A stretch of DNA of 53,844 nt from an uncultured Bacilli bacterium (GCA_944358325.1 CALVQV010000002.1:1-53844); one strand, 5' to 3'; positions 8,939 to 17,797 are shown, counted from the first letter of the stretch. Numbers and translations are program-made. Notes: generated from the sequence alone by a model not told the origin.

Positions 8939-10369
8939 ATGGTATTTAGTAGTATTCCTTTTTTATTTTTCTTTTTTCCTTTATTTTTAATAATTTATTA
9001 TTTAGTACCATTTAAACATAAAGGGATAAGATGGAAAAATATTGTTTTATTAATATTTAGTTTAATATTCTATGCTTGGGGTGAACCAGTATATATATTA
9101 TTAATGATTTTTTCAAGTTTAGTTGATTATTATAGTGGAAAAATGATTAATAAATATTGGCATGAACCTAAAATTAAAAAATTATTTTTAATATTATCTA
9201 TTATTATTAATTTGGGTTTATTAGGCTTTTTTAAATATGCTGATTTTTTAATTGAAAATATAAATGTTTTATTTTCATTAAATATTGAGCCATTAAAATT
9301 AGGATTACCAATTGGTATTAGTTTCTTCACTTTTCAAACAATGAGTTATAGTATTGATGTATATCGTGGTAAAGTTAATTATGAAAAAGATTTTTTAACT
9401 TTTATGACTTATGTATGTATGTTTCCTCAACTAATTGCTGGTCCAATTGTCAGATATGAAACAGTTAGTGAAGAATTGCATAGAAGAAAAATTAATTATA
9501 GTAAATTTAATAGTGGCTTAATAAGATTTTTACAAGGTTTATTTAAAAAAGTGTTAATTGCTAATAATATTGGTATGTTGTGGAGCGAGATATCTACTTT
9601 ACCTAGTGGTGAGGTAACTATGGTAATGGCATGGTTAGGTATTATAGCTTTTGCTTTACAAATTTATTTTGATTTTAGCGGTTATTCAGATATGGCTATT
9701 GGTATGGGTAAAATGTTAGGATTTAATTATTTAGAAAACTTTGATTATCCATATATAGCTAAATCAATTACTGATTTCTGGCGTCGTTGGCATATTTCAT
9801 TATCAACTTTCTTTAAAGATTATGTATATATTCCATTAGGTGGATCACGTGTAAGTAAAGTTCTTAATATTAGAAATATTTTAATTGTTTGGACTCTTAC
9901 TGGAATATGGCATGGCGCTAGTTGGAATTTTGTTTTATGGGGATTATACTTTGGTATTATATTAGTTATTGAAAAATTTGTTTTAGATAAATGGCTTAAA
10001 AGACAAAATGATATTGTTAAACATACATATGCCATTTTATTAATTTTAATTGGTTGGGCAATATTTGCATCATCTGATATGCTTTATCCTAAAGAATATT
10101 TATTTACAATGTTTTTAGGATTTAAAAATTTTATTAGTACTAAAACCCTTTATTATTTTGCAAATTACTTTTTAATAATTTTAATAGGTATTATTTTATC
10201 AACACCAGTTTATATTAAGTTTAATAAATGGTTGAATAATATAAATAAAAAATATATGAAAATAATAATTTTTATTATTATTACTTCAATATTTGTTATA
10301 TTATTCTTTATAACAATTGCTTATTTAGTTAGTGATACTTATAATCCTTTCTTGTATTTTAGATTTTGA
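8939..10369 (+). CDS. MBOAT-family membrane O-acyltransferase (AlgI/DltB/PatA-like)
   Basis: Polytopic protein of 476 aa carrying the MBOAT hallmark region FWRRWHISLSTFFKDYVYIPLGG followed by TGIWHGASWNF. Confidence 0.9.
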   Translation: MVFSSIPFLFFFFPLFLIIYYLVPFKHKGIRWKNIVLLIFSLIFYAWGEPVYILLMIFSSLVDYYSGKMINKYWHEPKIKKLFLILSIIINLGLLGFFKYADFLIENINVLFSLNIEPLKLGLPIGISFFTFQTMSYSIDVYRGKVNYEKDFLTFMTYVCMFPQLIAGPIVRYETVSEELHRRKINYSKFNSGLIRFLQGLFKKVLIANNIGMLWSEISTLPSGEVTMVMAWLGIIAFALQIYFDFSGYSDMAIGMGKMLGFNYLENFDYPYIAKSITDFWRRWHISLSTFFKDYVYIPLGGSRVSKVLNIRNILIVWTLTGIWHGASWNFVLWGLYFGIILVIEKFVLDKWLKRQNDIVKHTYAILLILIGWAIFASSDMLYPKEYLFTMFLGFKNFISTKTLYYFANYFLIILIGIILSTPVYIKFNKWLNNINKKYMKIIIFIIITSIFVILFFITIAYLVSDTYNPFLYFRF

Positions 10370-10377
10370 GGTGAACT

Positions 10378-11508
10378 ATGGAAAAAAATAAATATTTTAA
10401 ATTTTTAGGTGTCATTTTTAGTGTTATTTTTCTATGGTTAACTGTTATGTTTTTCTTTAATACAAATAAAACTTTTAGTGAAAACGAAAACAGATATTTA
10501 GAAAAATTTCCTACTTTATCAATAGATAATATTTTAGATGGAAAGTATATTGAGCAATTAGAATCATATTTAACAGATCATTTTGCTTTTAGAGATACTT
10601 TTATGAATATAAAAAGTAATATGGAAATAATGCTTGGAAAAACAAAAATTAATAATGTTTTTTTAGGTAGTGATGAATATTTAATAGAAGATTATAATGA
10701 ACCAACTAAAACAGAAAATTTTATTCAAACTTTAAATAGTTTTTATTTAAGAAATAATTATATTAATAATAATTTAATGCTAGTTCCAACAAGCATTAGT
10801 ATTAATCAGGATAAATTACCACAGTTTGCTAGTAACTATAGTCAAATAGACACAATTAACTATATTTATAAAAATATAAAGATGTCATCTATTGATGTAT
10901 ATAATACTTTATTAGAAAATAATAAAACGTATCCAATGTATTATCGATTAGATCATCATTGGACTACTTATGGTGCTTATTATGCTTATGTTGAATATTG
11001 TAAACATAATAACTTACCTTATCTAAATATTGATGATTATAATATAACAGAAGTTACAAAAGACTTTAATGGTACTTTATATTCTAAAACCAATATTTAT
11101 AGTTATACGCCTGATTCAATTTATACTTTCACACCTAAAAGTGGTGAGGATTTAAAAGTAGAGTATATTGTAGGTGAACAAATTACTGAAACAAATACTT
11201 TATATGCCGAAGATTATTTAAAAACAAAAGATAAGTATTCATTCTTCTTAAATAATAATAATCCTCTTATTAAAATAACTAACAATTTAAATAATGACAA
11301 CAAAAAATTATTAGTTATAAAAGATAGTTATGCGAATGCTTTAATTCCTTTTTTAACTTATAATTATAAAGAAATTCATGTAATTGATCCTAGATATTAT
11401 AAAGCAAGTATAACAGAATATATAAAAAATAATGGAATTACCGATACATTATTTGTTTATAATATGAATACTTTAGATACAGATACAGGAATATATAGTA
11501 TAAATTAA
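10378..11508 (+). CDS. DHHW-family protein (AlgJ/AlgX/PatB-like extracytoplasmic acyl-transfer partner)
   Basis: N-terminal TM anchor and a literal DHHW motif (YYRLDHHWTTYGAYY). Starts 9 nt after the MBOAT TGA stop, with a GAGGTG RBS. Confidence 0.8.
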   Translation: MEKNKYFKFLGVIFSVIFLWLTVMFFFNTNKTFSENENRYLEKFPTLSIDNILDGKYIEQLESYLTDHFAFRDTFMNIKSNMEIMLGKTKINNVFLGSDEYLIEDYNEPTKTENFIQTLNSFYLRNNYINNNLMLVPTSISINQDKLPQFASNYSQIDTINYIYKNIKMSSIDVYNTLLENNKTYPMYYRLDHHWTTYGAYYAYVEYCKHNNLPYLNIDDYNITEVTKDFNGTLYSKTNIYSYTPDSIYTFTPKSGEDLKVEYIVGEQITETNTLYAEDYLKTKDKYSFFLNNNNPLIKITNNLNNDNKKLLVIKDSYANALIPFLTYNYKEIHVIDPRYYKASITEYIKNNGITDTLFVYNMNTLDTDTGIYSIN

Positions 11509-11609
11509 GTGTTAAAAGATAGAATATTCTATCTTTTTTAATTGACAAAAAAAGTTTAGTCTATATAATATTACTTGAGACATAAAATTAAGTAGTAAAG
11601 GAGGAAAGT

Positions 11610-12719
11610 ATGACTAAAATTAATCTTAAGGAAAAAGAATTAAAAAAAATAAATAAAACTGTTGTTAAGAAAAATAATAGTAATAAAAAAAAGAAATCCA
11701 ATACTACTAAAAAAGTAAAAAAAGTAATTACTAAACCAATCATTATTGAACCTACAATTGAAGATAAAAAAATATCTAAATTATCGAAAGAAAATATTAT
11801 AAATGTATATAAAGTTAGTTCACAAAAAGCAAAAAGAATATTAGAGATTGTTATAGATAAAACAAAGAAAACTTATCAATTTGTGAAAGATAATCTTTGT
11901 AAATTTTATCAATTTTTGCTTGTTAATATTAAGAAAATATTTTCTAATGAAACAAAGGAAAATATTATAAATATTTATGAAAAATTTACTAAAAAGTCGA
12001 TTGATATATTAAAAAAATTAAAAGATAAGATTAAAGAAATATATCAATTAGCAAAAACTAACATTTATAAATTTTATAAATACTTAATTATGAATAGTAA
12101 AAAAATATTTTCTAAAAGAACAAAAGTTAAAGAAAATATTATTAATAATTATAAAAAGTTTACAAAAAAAACAAGAAATATATCTAAAAAAATAGGAAAT
12201 AAAACTAAAGAAATATATATATCAATTAAACAAAATATAAGTAGTTTTAATAAAACACTTATTATGAAGTATAAAAAGTTAACAGTTAAAAAGCCGAAGA
12301 AAAAAGTAGTTAAGAAACAAACGGTAAATAAACAAGTTGCAATTAAGAAAAGTAATAAAATAGCACCAGTTATTACTTCTAATAAAAAAACAAAAAAAGT
12401 TATTGATACTAAAAAAACAGTAGAAAAAGAAGTAGAGTTAAAAAAATATACTTGGGATACAGTTTTATTATATTTTTTAATTATTTTTGCTATTGGTTTA
12501 TTTGTTGGATATATTCCTTTTTGGGGATCTAGTAAACCTGTTAAAAATGAAGTATCTATAAGTAAAGAATGTAGTTATAGTGAGTGGATAGAAGTAGATA
12601 GCAATTATTGCTTGGTGAATAGTAATGGTATAGCTTACGAAGGTGAAATTGTTAAGTATGTTTTAAATAATGAAACAGGTTTATGTCAAAAATATGTACG
12701 TAAAAAAACTTGTATATAG
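11610..12719 (+). CDS. Lys-rich repeat-containing bitopic membrane protein, function unknown
   Basis: AAAGGAGG RBS. Highly basic N-tail, three tandem ~56-58-aa repeats, one TM (VLLYFLIIFAIGLFVGYIPFW), and a ~65-aa C-terminal ectodomain with 4 Cys. Confidence 0.7.
   Translation: MTKINLKEKELKKINKTVVKKNNSNKKKKSNTTKKVKKVITKPIIIEPTIEDKKISKLSKENIINVYKVSSQKAKRILEIVIDKTKKTYQFVKDNLCKFYQFLLVNIKKIFSNETKENIINIYEKFTKKSIDILKKLKDKIKEIYQLAKTNIYKFYKYLIMNSKKIFSKRTKVKENIINNYKKFTKKTRNISKKIGNKTKEIYISIKQNISSFNKTLIMKYKKLTVKKPKKKVVKKQTVNKQVAIKKSNKIAPVITSNKKTKKVIDTKKTVEKEVELKKYTWDTVLLYFLIIFAIGLFVGYIPFWGSSKPVKNEVSISKECSYSEWIEVDSNYCLVNSNGIAYEGEIVKYVLNNETGLCQKYVRKKTCI
11790..12290 (+). repeat. Three in-frame tandem repeats (168-174 nt each), each beginning ENIIN-Y
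   Basis: Repeat starts at 11790, 11958 and 12132. Shared pattern: ENIINxY-KF/S-KK...K-KEIYQ-K-N-KFY--L--N-KKIFS. Confidence 0.85.
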
Positions 12720-12764
12720 AACTAAAAAAATTATTTTGAATAATATATAGTAAACTAAGGAAGT

Positions 12765-12793
12765 TTGCAAATAATCAAAAATTAGAGTATAAT
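12765..12793 (+). promoter_or_regulatory. Near-consensus sigma-A promoter (-35 TTGCAA, 17-nt spacer, -10 TATAAT)
   Basis: Hexamers at 12765-12770 and 12788-12793. Confidence 0.65.
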
Positions 12794-12893
12794 ACTAACT
12801 TGTCGGGACGAAAAATAGAAAATAAGCACTAGTTTTGTCGAATACAAAGACAAGTAGATAGGTCTATGTTATCTTAATTATAAGAGGTGACTT

Positions 12894-12992
12894 ATGATTA
12901 AGAAAGAGGATTTATATAGTTTATTTGATGAGATGATAGGTAATATCACTTATGCTAAAATAGCTACTTGTTTTCTAGAAAGAGACAAGTAG
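12894..12992 (+). CDS. Candidate 32-aa small protein (MIKKEDLYSLFDEMIGNITYAKIATCFLERDK)
   Basis: AGAGGTGA RBS just upstream. It sits between a strong promoter and an intrinsic terminator. It is below the length cutoff of the ORF track, and I recognise no family. Confidence 0.3.
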   Translation: MIKKEDLYSLFDEMIGNITYAKIATCFLERDK

Positions 12993-12999
12993 TTTTTTA
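12964..12999 (+). terminator. Intrinsic terminator (CTACTTGT...ACAAGTAG + T6)
   Basis: 8-bp stem with a 12-nt loop followed by TTTTTT. The stop codon of the 32-codon ORF lies inside the 3' arm. Confidence 0.75.
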
Positions 13000-13011
13000 T
13001 ATCTAGTATCA

Positions 13012-13040
13012 TTGACAAATAGTTATTATTTTGAGAAAAT
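13012..13040 (+). promoter_or_regulatory. Possible gpsB promoter (-35 TTGACA, 17-nt spacer, TGaGAAAAT)
   Basis: Perfect -35 at 13012-13017. The -10 is weak but is preceded by TGn. Confidence 0.4.
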
Positions 13041-13065
13041 AGATATAAGAATATGAGGTGGTAAT

Positions 13066-13389
13066 ATGTATCAAGATAGAATTGCTTTAACGAGTAAAGA
13101 TATATTAGAAAAAGAGTTTAAAATTGATACGAGAGGATATCGACCACAAGAAGTCGATAAGTTTCTAGATCTTATTATACGAGACTATGAAGAATTTATT
13201 ACAATGCTTAAAGAAGCAGAAAATGATAAAAAAGAAGTGCTTGAAGAAAATATGAAGTTAAAACAAGAGATTCGTACCCTACGAACTAAATTAGATATTA
13301 TGAAAGAAAGTGCTACTAGTGAAGTAAGTAGTGCTGATGTTCTAAGAAGATTATCTAATCTAGAAAAAATTATTTATGGTAAAGAATAA
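13066..13389 (+). CDS. gpsB: Cell cycle protein GpsB (DivIVA-domain protein)
   Basis: Close match to the B. subtilis GpsB pattern: LTSKDILEKEFKIDTRGYRPQEVDKFLDLIIRDYEEF near the N-terminus and LRRLSNLEKIIYG near the C-terminus. Length 107 aa. Confidence 0.9.
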   Translation: MYQDRIALTSKDILEKEFKIDTRGYRPQEVDKFLDLIIRDYEEFITMLKEAENDKKEVLEENMKLKQEIRTLRTKLDIMKESATSEVSSADVLRRLSNLEKIIYGKE

Positions 13390-13725
13390 TATTTTGACAA
13401 ACGCTGTACTTTTAGTATAGAGGAAAGTCCATGCTCGCACAATCTGTGATGATTGTAGTGTTTGTGCAAGGGGAATAAATAACCCTTGGTAGCTTTTGCT
13501 AACGACGAGAAGTGACCTATGATGGTTAACCTTGTAAAGTGCCACAGAAACGAGTCTTCTAGGAATAGAAGAATGAAACGCGGTAAACTCCTCAAGCGAG
13601 AAACCTAAATTTTGGTAAGGGAACCTAAAAGATGCGAAGGATAAGTGTCTTTGGGATCGAGTAATCGATAGATAAATGTTTGTCATCTAGTAATAGAAAC
13701 AGAACATGGCTTATAAAATATTATT
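13385..13725 (+). ncRNA. rnpB: RNase P RNA, bacterial type B (Firmicutes type)
   Basis: GAGGAAAGTCCATGCTCGCAC (P4 5' strand, from 13420), ACGCGGTAAACTCCTCAAGCGAGAAACCTAAATTTTGGTAAGGGAACC, and ACAGAACATGGCTTA (P4 3' strand). These are nearly identical to the B. subtilis rnpB segments as I recall them. P1 can form between AATAATATTTT (13385-13395) and AAAATATTATT (13715-13725). The ends are approximate. Confidence 0.95.
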
Positions 13726-13748
13726 TTTTTCATTTAAAATGAAAGTGG

Positions 13749-14237
13749 GTGTACCCTTTGAAAGAGATAGGCGAAAGGTTAAGAGAAACTCGTGAGAGTA
13801 TTGGAGTTTCCATTGACGAAGCAGCCGAGGACTTAAAATTAAGACCTTCTCAAATAGAAGCTGTAGAAGCAGGAAATATGGAAAACTTTAAAGATATTTA
13901 TTATTTAAAGTATTTTATTAGGGATTATTCTAAATATTTAGGACTTGATTATGAAGATATGGTTGATGAATTTAATGAATATTTATTCGATTATACTTCA
14001 AAAATATCAATTGAAGATATTAAGAAAAATAAAAAAGAATTATTAGAACAACCTAAAAAAGAACCAAAAATACGTTCACCATATACGGTTGAACATAAAA
14101 AAGAATTTCGTATTTCTAAGCGTATTATTTTATTAATAGTATCAATAATTATTATTATTGGTTGTATCTTAGCTTATAATGAGTATATAAGAAAAGATAA
14201 TTCAAATAATAATAGTGTTGTCATGAGAACTTTATAG
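13749..14237 (+). CDS. rodZ: RodZ-like cytoskeleton protein (XRE-type HTH, one TM, short ectodomain)
   Basis: N-terminal HTH (IGERLRETRESIGVSIDEAAEDLKLRPSQIEAVE) and a TM near the C-terminus. It sits upstream of pgsA, as ymfM/rodZ does in B. subtilis. GTG start; a TTG 9 nt downstream is an alternative. Confidence 0.7.
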   Translation: MYPLKEIGERLRETRESIGVSIDEAAEDLKLRPSQIEAVEAGNMENFKDIYYLKYFIRDYSKYLGLDYEDMVDEFNEYLFDYTSKISIEDIKKNKKELLEQPKKEPKIRSPYTVEHKKEFRISKRIILLIVSIIIIIGCILAYNEYIRKDNSNNNSVVMRTL

Positions 14238-14246
14238 GAGGCAATT

Positions 14247-14867
14247 ATGAATTTACCAAATAAATTAACTATGTTACGTATATTAATGGCTTTAGTAATA
14301 ATATTTATTTTATTATTTCCATTTGATACTGCTGGAATTGATATTCCTAAGTTATTTATAAATGAAACAATTGTTGTTAATGTTAAATATTTAATAGCTG
14401 GTGTTTTATTTATTATTGCATCTTTAACTGATTTTTTAGATGGTTATTTAGCAAGAAAATGGAATATGGTTACTGATTTTGGTAAGATGATTGATGCAAT
14501 TGCTGATAAAATATTAGTTAATAGTGTTTTAATTATTTTAGCATCAACTGGTTTCATTCATCCTATAATACCAGTAATTATTGTTTTACGCGATAGTGCT
14601 GTAAATTCAATTAAAATGATTGCTGGATCTAAAGGAAAAGTAGTTGCTGCTATTAAGAGTGGTAAACTAAAAACAGCATGTTTAATGGTTGGAATCGTAT
14701 TAACTTTATTCTATAATTTACCTTTTGAATTATGGAATTTAAAAGTTTCTGACTTCTTATTAATTATTGCATGCGTATTATCAATTACAAGTGGTATTGA
14801 ATACTACATGATGAATAAGCATTTAATTTTTGATAATAAAGATAAAGTAGAAAAAGTAGAAATTTAG
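14247..14867 (+). CDS. pgsA: CDP-diacylglycerol--glycerol-3-phosphate 3-phosphatidyltransferase
   Basis: CDP-alcohol phosphatidyltransferase motif DFLDGYLARKWNMVTDFGKMIDAIADK. Multi-TM. AGGAGG RBS. Confidence 0.92.
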   Translation: MNLPNKLTMLRILMALVIIFILLFPFDTAGIDIPKLFINETIVVNVKYLIAGVLFIIASLTDFLDGYLARKWNMVTDFGKMIDAIADKILVNSVLIILASTGFIHPIIPVIIVLRDSAVNSIKMIAGSKGKVVAAIKSGKLKTACLMVGIVLTLFYNLPFELWNLKVSDFLLIIACVLSITSGIEYYMMNKHLIFDNKDKVEKVEI

Positions 14868-14894
14868 AAAAGTGTATAACACTTTTCTTTTTTT
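14866..14894 (+). terminator. Intrinsic terminator after pgsA
   Basis: AGAAAAGTGT-ata-ACACTTTTCT hairpin plus T-run. Confidence 0.8.
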
Positions 14895-14984
14895 ATAAAA
14901 TTAACTTATTTAAAAAAAGTTATAACTATTGTTTTTCTTTATTTTCCTTGCTAAAATAATAAATATGACAAGGTAATACCATAA

Positions 14985-14998
14985 CGAACAAATGTTTG
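14985..14998 (+). promoter_or_regulatory. LexA (Cheo/SOS) box candidate CGAACAAATGTTTG upstream of recA
   Basis: Matches the Firmicutes consensus CGAAC-N4-GTTCG at 12 of 14 positions. It lies 10 nt upstream of the recA -35. Confidence 0.7.
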
Positions 14999-15007
14999 TT
15001 AAAACTA

Positions 15008-15036
15008 TTGACAATTAAAATAAAATGATATACAAT
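15008..15036 (+). promoter_or_regulatory. recA promoter (-35 TTGACA, 17-nt spacer, -10 TACAAT)
   Basis: Hexamers at 15008-15013 and 15031-15036. Confidence 0.65.
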
Positions 15037-15065
15037 TGAAATGTAATCAATAAGGAGGATACAAA

Positions 15066-16085
15066 ATGGTAAAATCAACAACTAATGATAAGACATTAGA
15101 TCAAGTACTTTTAGATATTGAAAAACAATTTGGTAAAGGTGCGGTTATGAAATTAGGTGATCATCAAAATAGACATATTGATGTTATATCAAGTGGTTCT
15201 ATATCACTAGATATTGCAATGGGAATTGGTGGTTATCCTAAAGGAAGAATTATTGAAATATATGGACCAGAATCAAGTGGTAAAACAACTTTTGCTTTAC
15301 ATGCGATTGCTGAAGCACAAAAGTTAGGTGGCAGAGTTGCATTTATTGATGCTGAACATTCATTAGATCCTAAATATGCTGCTAATTTAGGTGTTAATAC
15401 TGATGAATTAATTTTAAGTCAACCTGATAATGGTGAACAAGCTTTAGAAATTTGTGAAGCTTTAGTAAGAAGTGGGGCAATTAGTGTTGTTGTAATTGAC
15501 TCTGTTGCGGCACTAGTACCACAAGCTGAAATTGAAGGTGAAATGGGAGATTCCCATGTTGGTTTACAAGCAAGACTTATGTCGCAAGCTTTAAGAAAAT
15601 TATCTGGTATCATTAATAAAACTAATACAGTATGTATTTTTATTAATCAATTACGTGAAAAAGTTGGTGTTATGTTTGGTAATCCTGAAACAACACCTGG
15701 TGGTCGTGCTTTAAAATTTTATGCTTCAGTTCGTCTAGAAATAAGAAGAAGTGAACAAATTAAATTAGGAAATGATATTGCGGGTAATAAAACAAATATT
15801 AAGGTAGTTAAAAATAAAATGGCTCCACCTTTTAAAACATGTACAGTTGATATTATGTATGGACAAGGTGTTTCTAAAGAAGGCGAAATTGTTGATTTAG
15901 GAGCAGATGCTGGTATCTTAGAAAAATCAGGTGCTTGGTATGCATATAATGGTGAAAAGCTAGGTCAAGGCAAGGAAAATGTTAAAGAATTATTAAAAAA
16001 TAATCCTAAGTTAAGTAATGAATTAGAGACTAAAGTTCGTAATTATTATGGTATAGGATGTGAAAATAAAAAAGGAGAAAAATAA
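15066..16085 (+). CDS. recA: Recombinase RecA
   Basis: Walker [10 protein letters not shown], plus the [14 protein letters not shown] and [10 protein letters not shown] segments. Length 339 aa, no intein. Confidence 0.98.
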   Translation: MVKSTTNDKTLDQVLLDIEKQFGKGAVMKLGDHQNRHIDVISSGSISLDIAMGIGGYPKGRIIEIYGPESSGKTTFALHAIAEAQKLGGRVAFIDAEHSLDPKYAANLGVNTDELILSQPDNGEQALEICEALVRSGAISVVVIDSVAALVPQAEIEGEMGDSHVGLQARLMSQALRKLSGIINKTNTVCIFINQLREKVGVMFGNPETTPGGRALKFYASVRLEIRRSEQIKLGNDIAGNKTNIKVVKNKMAPPFKTCTVDIMYGQGVSKEGEIVDLGADAGILEKSGAWYAYNGEKLGQGKENVKELLKNNPKLSNELETKVRNYYGIGCENKKGEK

Positions 16086-16104
16086 AAATTTTTCTCCTTT
16101 TTTT
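16071..16104 (+). terminator. Intrinsic terminator overlapping the recA stop
   Basis: AAGGAGAAAA...TTTTCTCCTT hairpin plus T-run. Confidence 0.8.
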
Positions 16105-16134
16105 AAAATATTTTACGACTTTTTACATGTTTCA

Positions 16135-16163
16135 TTGACTTATGCTTGAAATAATCGTACAAT
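16135..16163 (+). promoter_or_regulatory. rny promoter (-35 TTGACT, 17-nt spacer, -10 TACAAT)
   Basis: Hexamers at 16135-16140 and 16158-16163. The leader contains a small hairpin, TAGGGTT-agga-AACCCTA. Confidence 0.6.
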
Positions 16164-16214
16164 GTAAGTAGGGTTAGGAAACCCTATCATATAATTTAAA
16201 AATGGAGGTTTATT

Positions 16215-17771
16215 ATGGAAGGTAATATTATTTTCTCCATTTTATTAGTACTTATTGGGATATTTGTTGGAATTATAATTATGTTTATTCTTAATTATAT
16301 TAGGGGTAATTTAGTTGGCAAAAAAGCTGAAATTCTTTTAGAAAAAGCTAAAAAAGATGGTGAAAAAGCAAAAAGAGATTTTTTGCTTGAAGCAAAAGAA
16401 GAAGCTCATAGATTAAAAAATGATATTGAAAAAGAGTTAAAAGAAAAAAAAGAAGAAGTAAAAGAAGCAGAAGAGAGATTATTAGCTCGCGAATCTAATC
16501 TTGAAAAAAGGGATCAAACGCTTCAAAATAAAGAATCTATGCTAGAAGAAAAAGAAAATAATTTAATTAATAAACAAAGAACTATCCAAGAAGAACAAAG
16601 TAAAGTGGAAGAAATTAAGAAAGAACAAATTGAACAATTAGAAAAAATTAGTGGTCTTAGTAAAAAAGAAGCAAAATCTATGGTTCTAAAGAAAGTTGAA
16701 GAAATGATGAATTTAGAAATTGCCGCTTTAATTAAAGACCGTGAAGCAGAAGCCTTATTAGAAGTTGATAAGAAAGCAAAAGGTATGTTAGTAAATGCTA
16801 TGCAAAAATATGCAGCAGATGTTGCTAATGAACAAACTGTTACCGTTGTTAGTCTACCAAATGATGAAATGAAGGGTCGTATTATTGGCCGTGAAGGAAG
16901 AAATATTAGAACAATTGAAGCGGTTACTGGTGTTGATTTAATTATTGATGATACTCCAGAGGCAATAGTTCTAAGTAGTTTTGATCCTTATCGTCGTGAA
17001 ATTGCTCGTTTAACTATTGAAAGTTTGATTAAAGATGGTAGAATTCATCCATCACGTGTTGAAGAACTTTATGAAAAAACATGCAATGATATGAAAATTA
17101 AAACAAGAGAATTGGGAGATGAAGCCTTATTTGAATTAGGAATTACAAAAGTAGATCCTGAACTTGTTGAAATATTAGGTAAATTACATTTTAGAACAAG
17201 TTATGGTCAAAATGCCTTAAAACATTCTATTGAAGTTGGACAGTTAGCTGGAATAATGGCTAGTGAGTTAGGTGAAAATGTTACTTTAGCTAAACGTGCT
17301 GGTTTATTTCATGATATTGGTAAAGCAATTGATCATGAAATTGAAGGATCACATGTTGATTTAGGTGGCGATTTAGCTAAAAAATATCATGAAAATGATG
17401 TTGTTATTAATTCTATTCTTTCACATCATGGTAATTGTGAAGCAACAAGTATTATAGCCGTTTTAGTTGCTATTGCCGATGCTTTAAGTGCATCTCGTCC
17501 TGGTGCTCGTAATGATTCATTAGAAAATTATGTTAAACGTTTGAAAGACCTAGAAAATATAGGTAATAGTATTGAAGGTGTTGATAAAACATATGCTGTT
17601 CAAGCTGGACGTGAATTACGTGTTATTGTTAAACCAGATGAAATAGATGATTTAGCATCTTATAAAGTAGCTCGTGATATTAAAAATCGTATTGAGGAAG
17701 AAATGCAATATCCTGGTACAATTAAAGTTACGGTTATTAGAGAAACAAGAGCAGTAGAAGAAGCAAAATAG
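16215..17771 (+). CDS. rny: Ribonuclease Y
   Basis: N-terminal TM, a long E/K coiled coil, a KH domain ([12 protein letters not shown]), and an HD domain (HSIEV...LFHDIGKA). It lies downstream of recA, as in B. subtilis. Confidence 0.95.
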   Translation: MEGNIIFSILLVLIGIFVGIIIMFILNYIRGNLVGKKAEILLEKAKKDGEKAKRDFLLEAKEEAHRLKNDIEKELKEKKEEVKEAEERLLARESNLEKRDQTLQNKESMLEEKENNLINKQRTIQEEQSKVEEIKKEQIEQLEKISGLSKKEAKSMVLKKVEEMMNLEIAALIKDREAEALLEVDKKAKGMLVNAMQKYAADVANEQTVTVVSLPNDEMKGRIIGREGRNIRTIEAVTGVDLIIDDTPEAIVLSSFDPYRREIARLTIESLIKDGRIHPSRVEELYEKTCNDMKIKTRELGDEALFELGITKVDPELVEILGKLHFRTSYGQNALKHSIEVGQLAGIMASELGENVTLAKRAGLFHDIGKAIDHEIEGSHVDLGGDLAKKYHENDVVINSILSHHGNCEATSIIAVLVAIADALSASRPGARNDSLENYVKRLKDLENIGNSIEGVDKTYAVQAGRELRVIVKPDEIDDLASYKVARDIKNRIEEEMQYPGTIKVTVIRETRAVEEAK

Positions 17772-17796
17772 TTAGATTTTTATCTAACTATTTTTT
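17769..17796 (+). terminator. Intrinsic terminator overlapping the rny stop
   Basis: TAGTTAGAT-tttt-ATCTAACTA hairpin followed by T6. Confidence 0.85.
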
Positions 17797-17797
17797 G

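Noticed and set aside
12894-12992. The 32-codon ORF as a classical amino-acid-sensing leader peptide.
   Set aside because: It has no run of any regulatory codon, and the downstream genes (gpsB, rnpB) are not biosynthetic. The attenuator idea is kept only as a structural observation.
13360-13686. 108-aa and 73-aa ORFs on the - strand (13360-13686 and 13374-13595).
   Set aside because: Both lie entirely within the RNase P RNA gene on the opposite strand. Neither has an RBS, so they are artefacts of an RNA gene.
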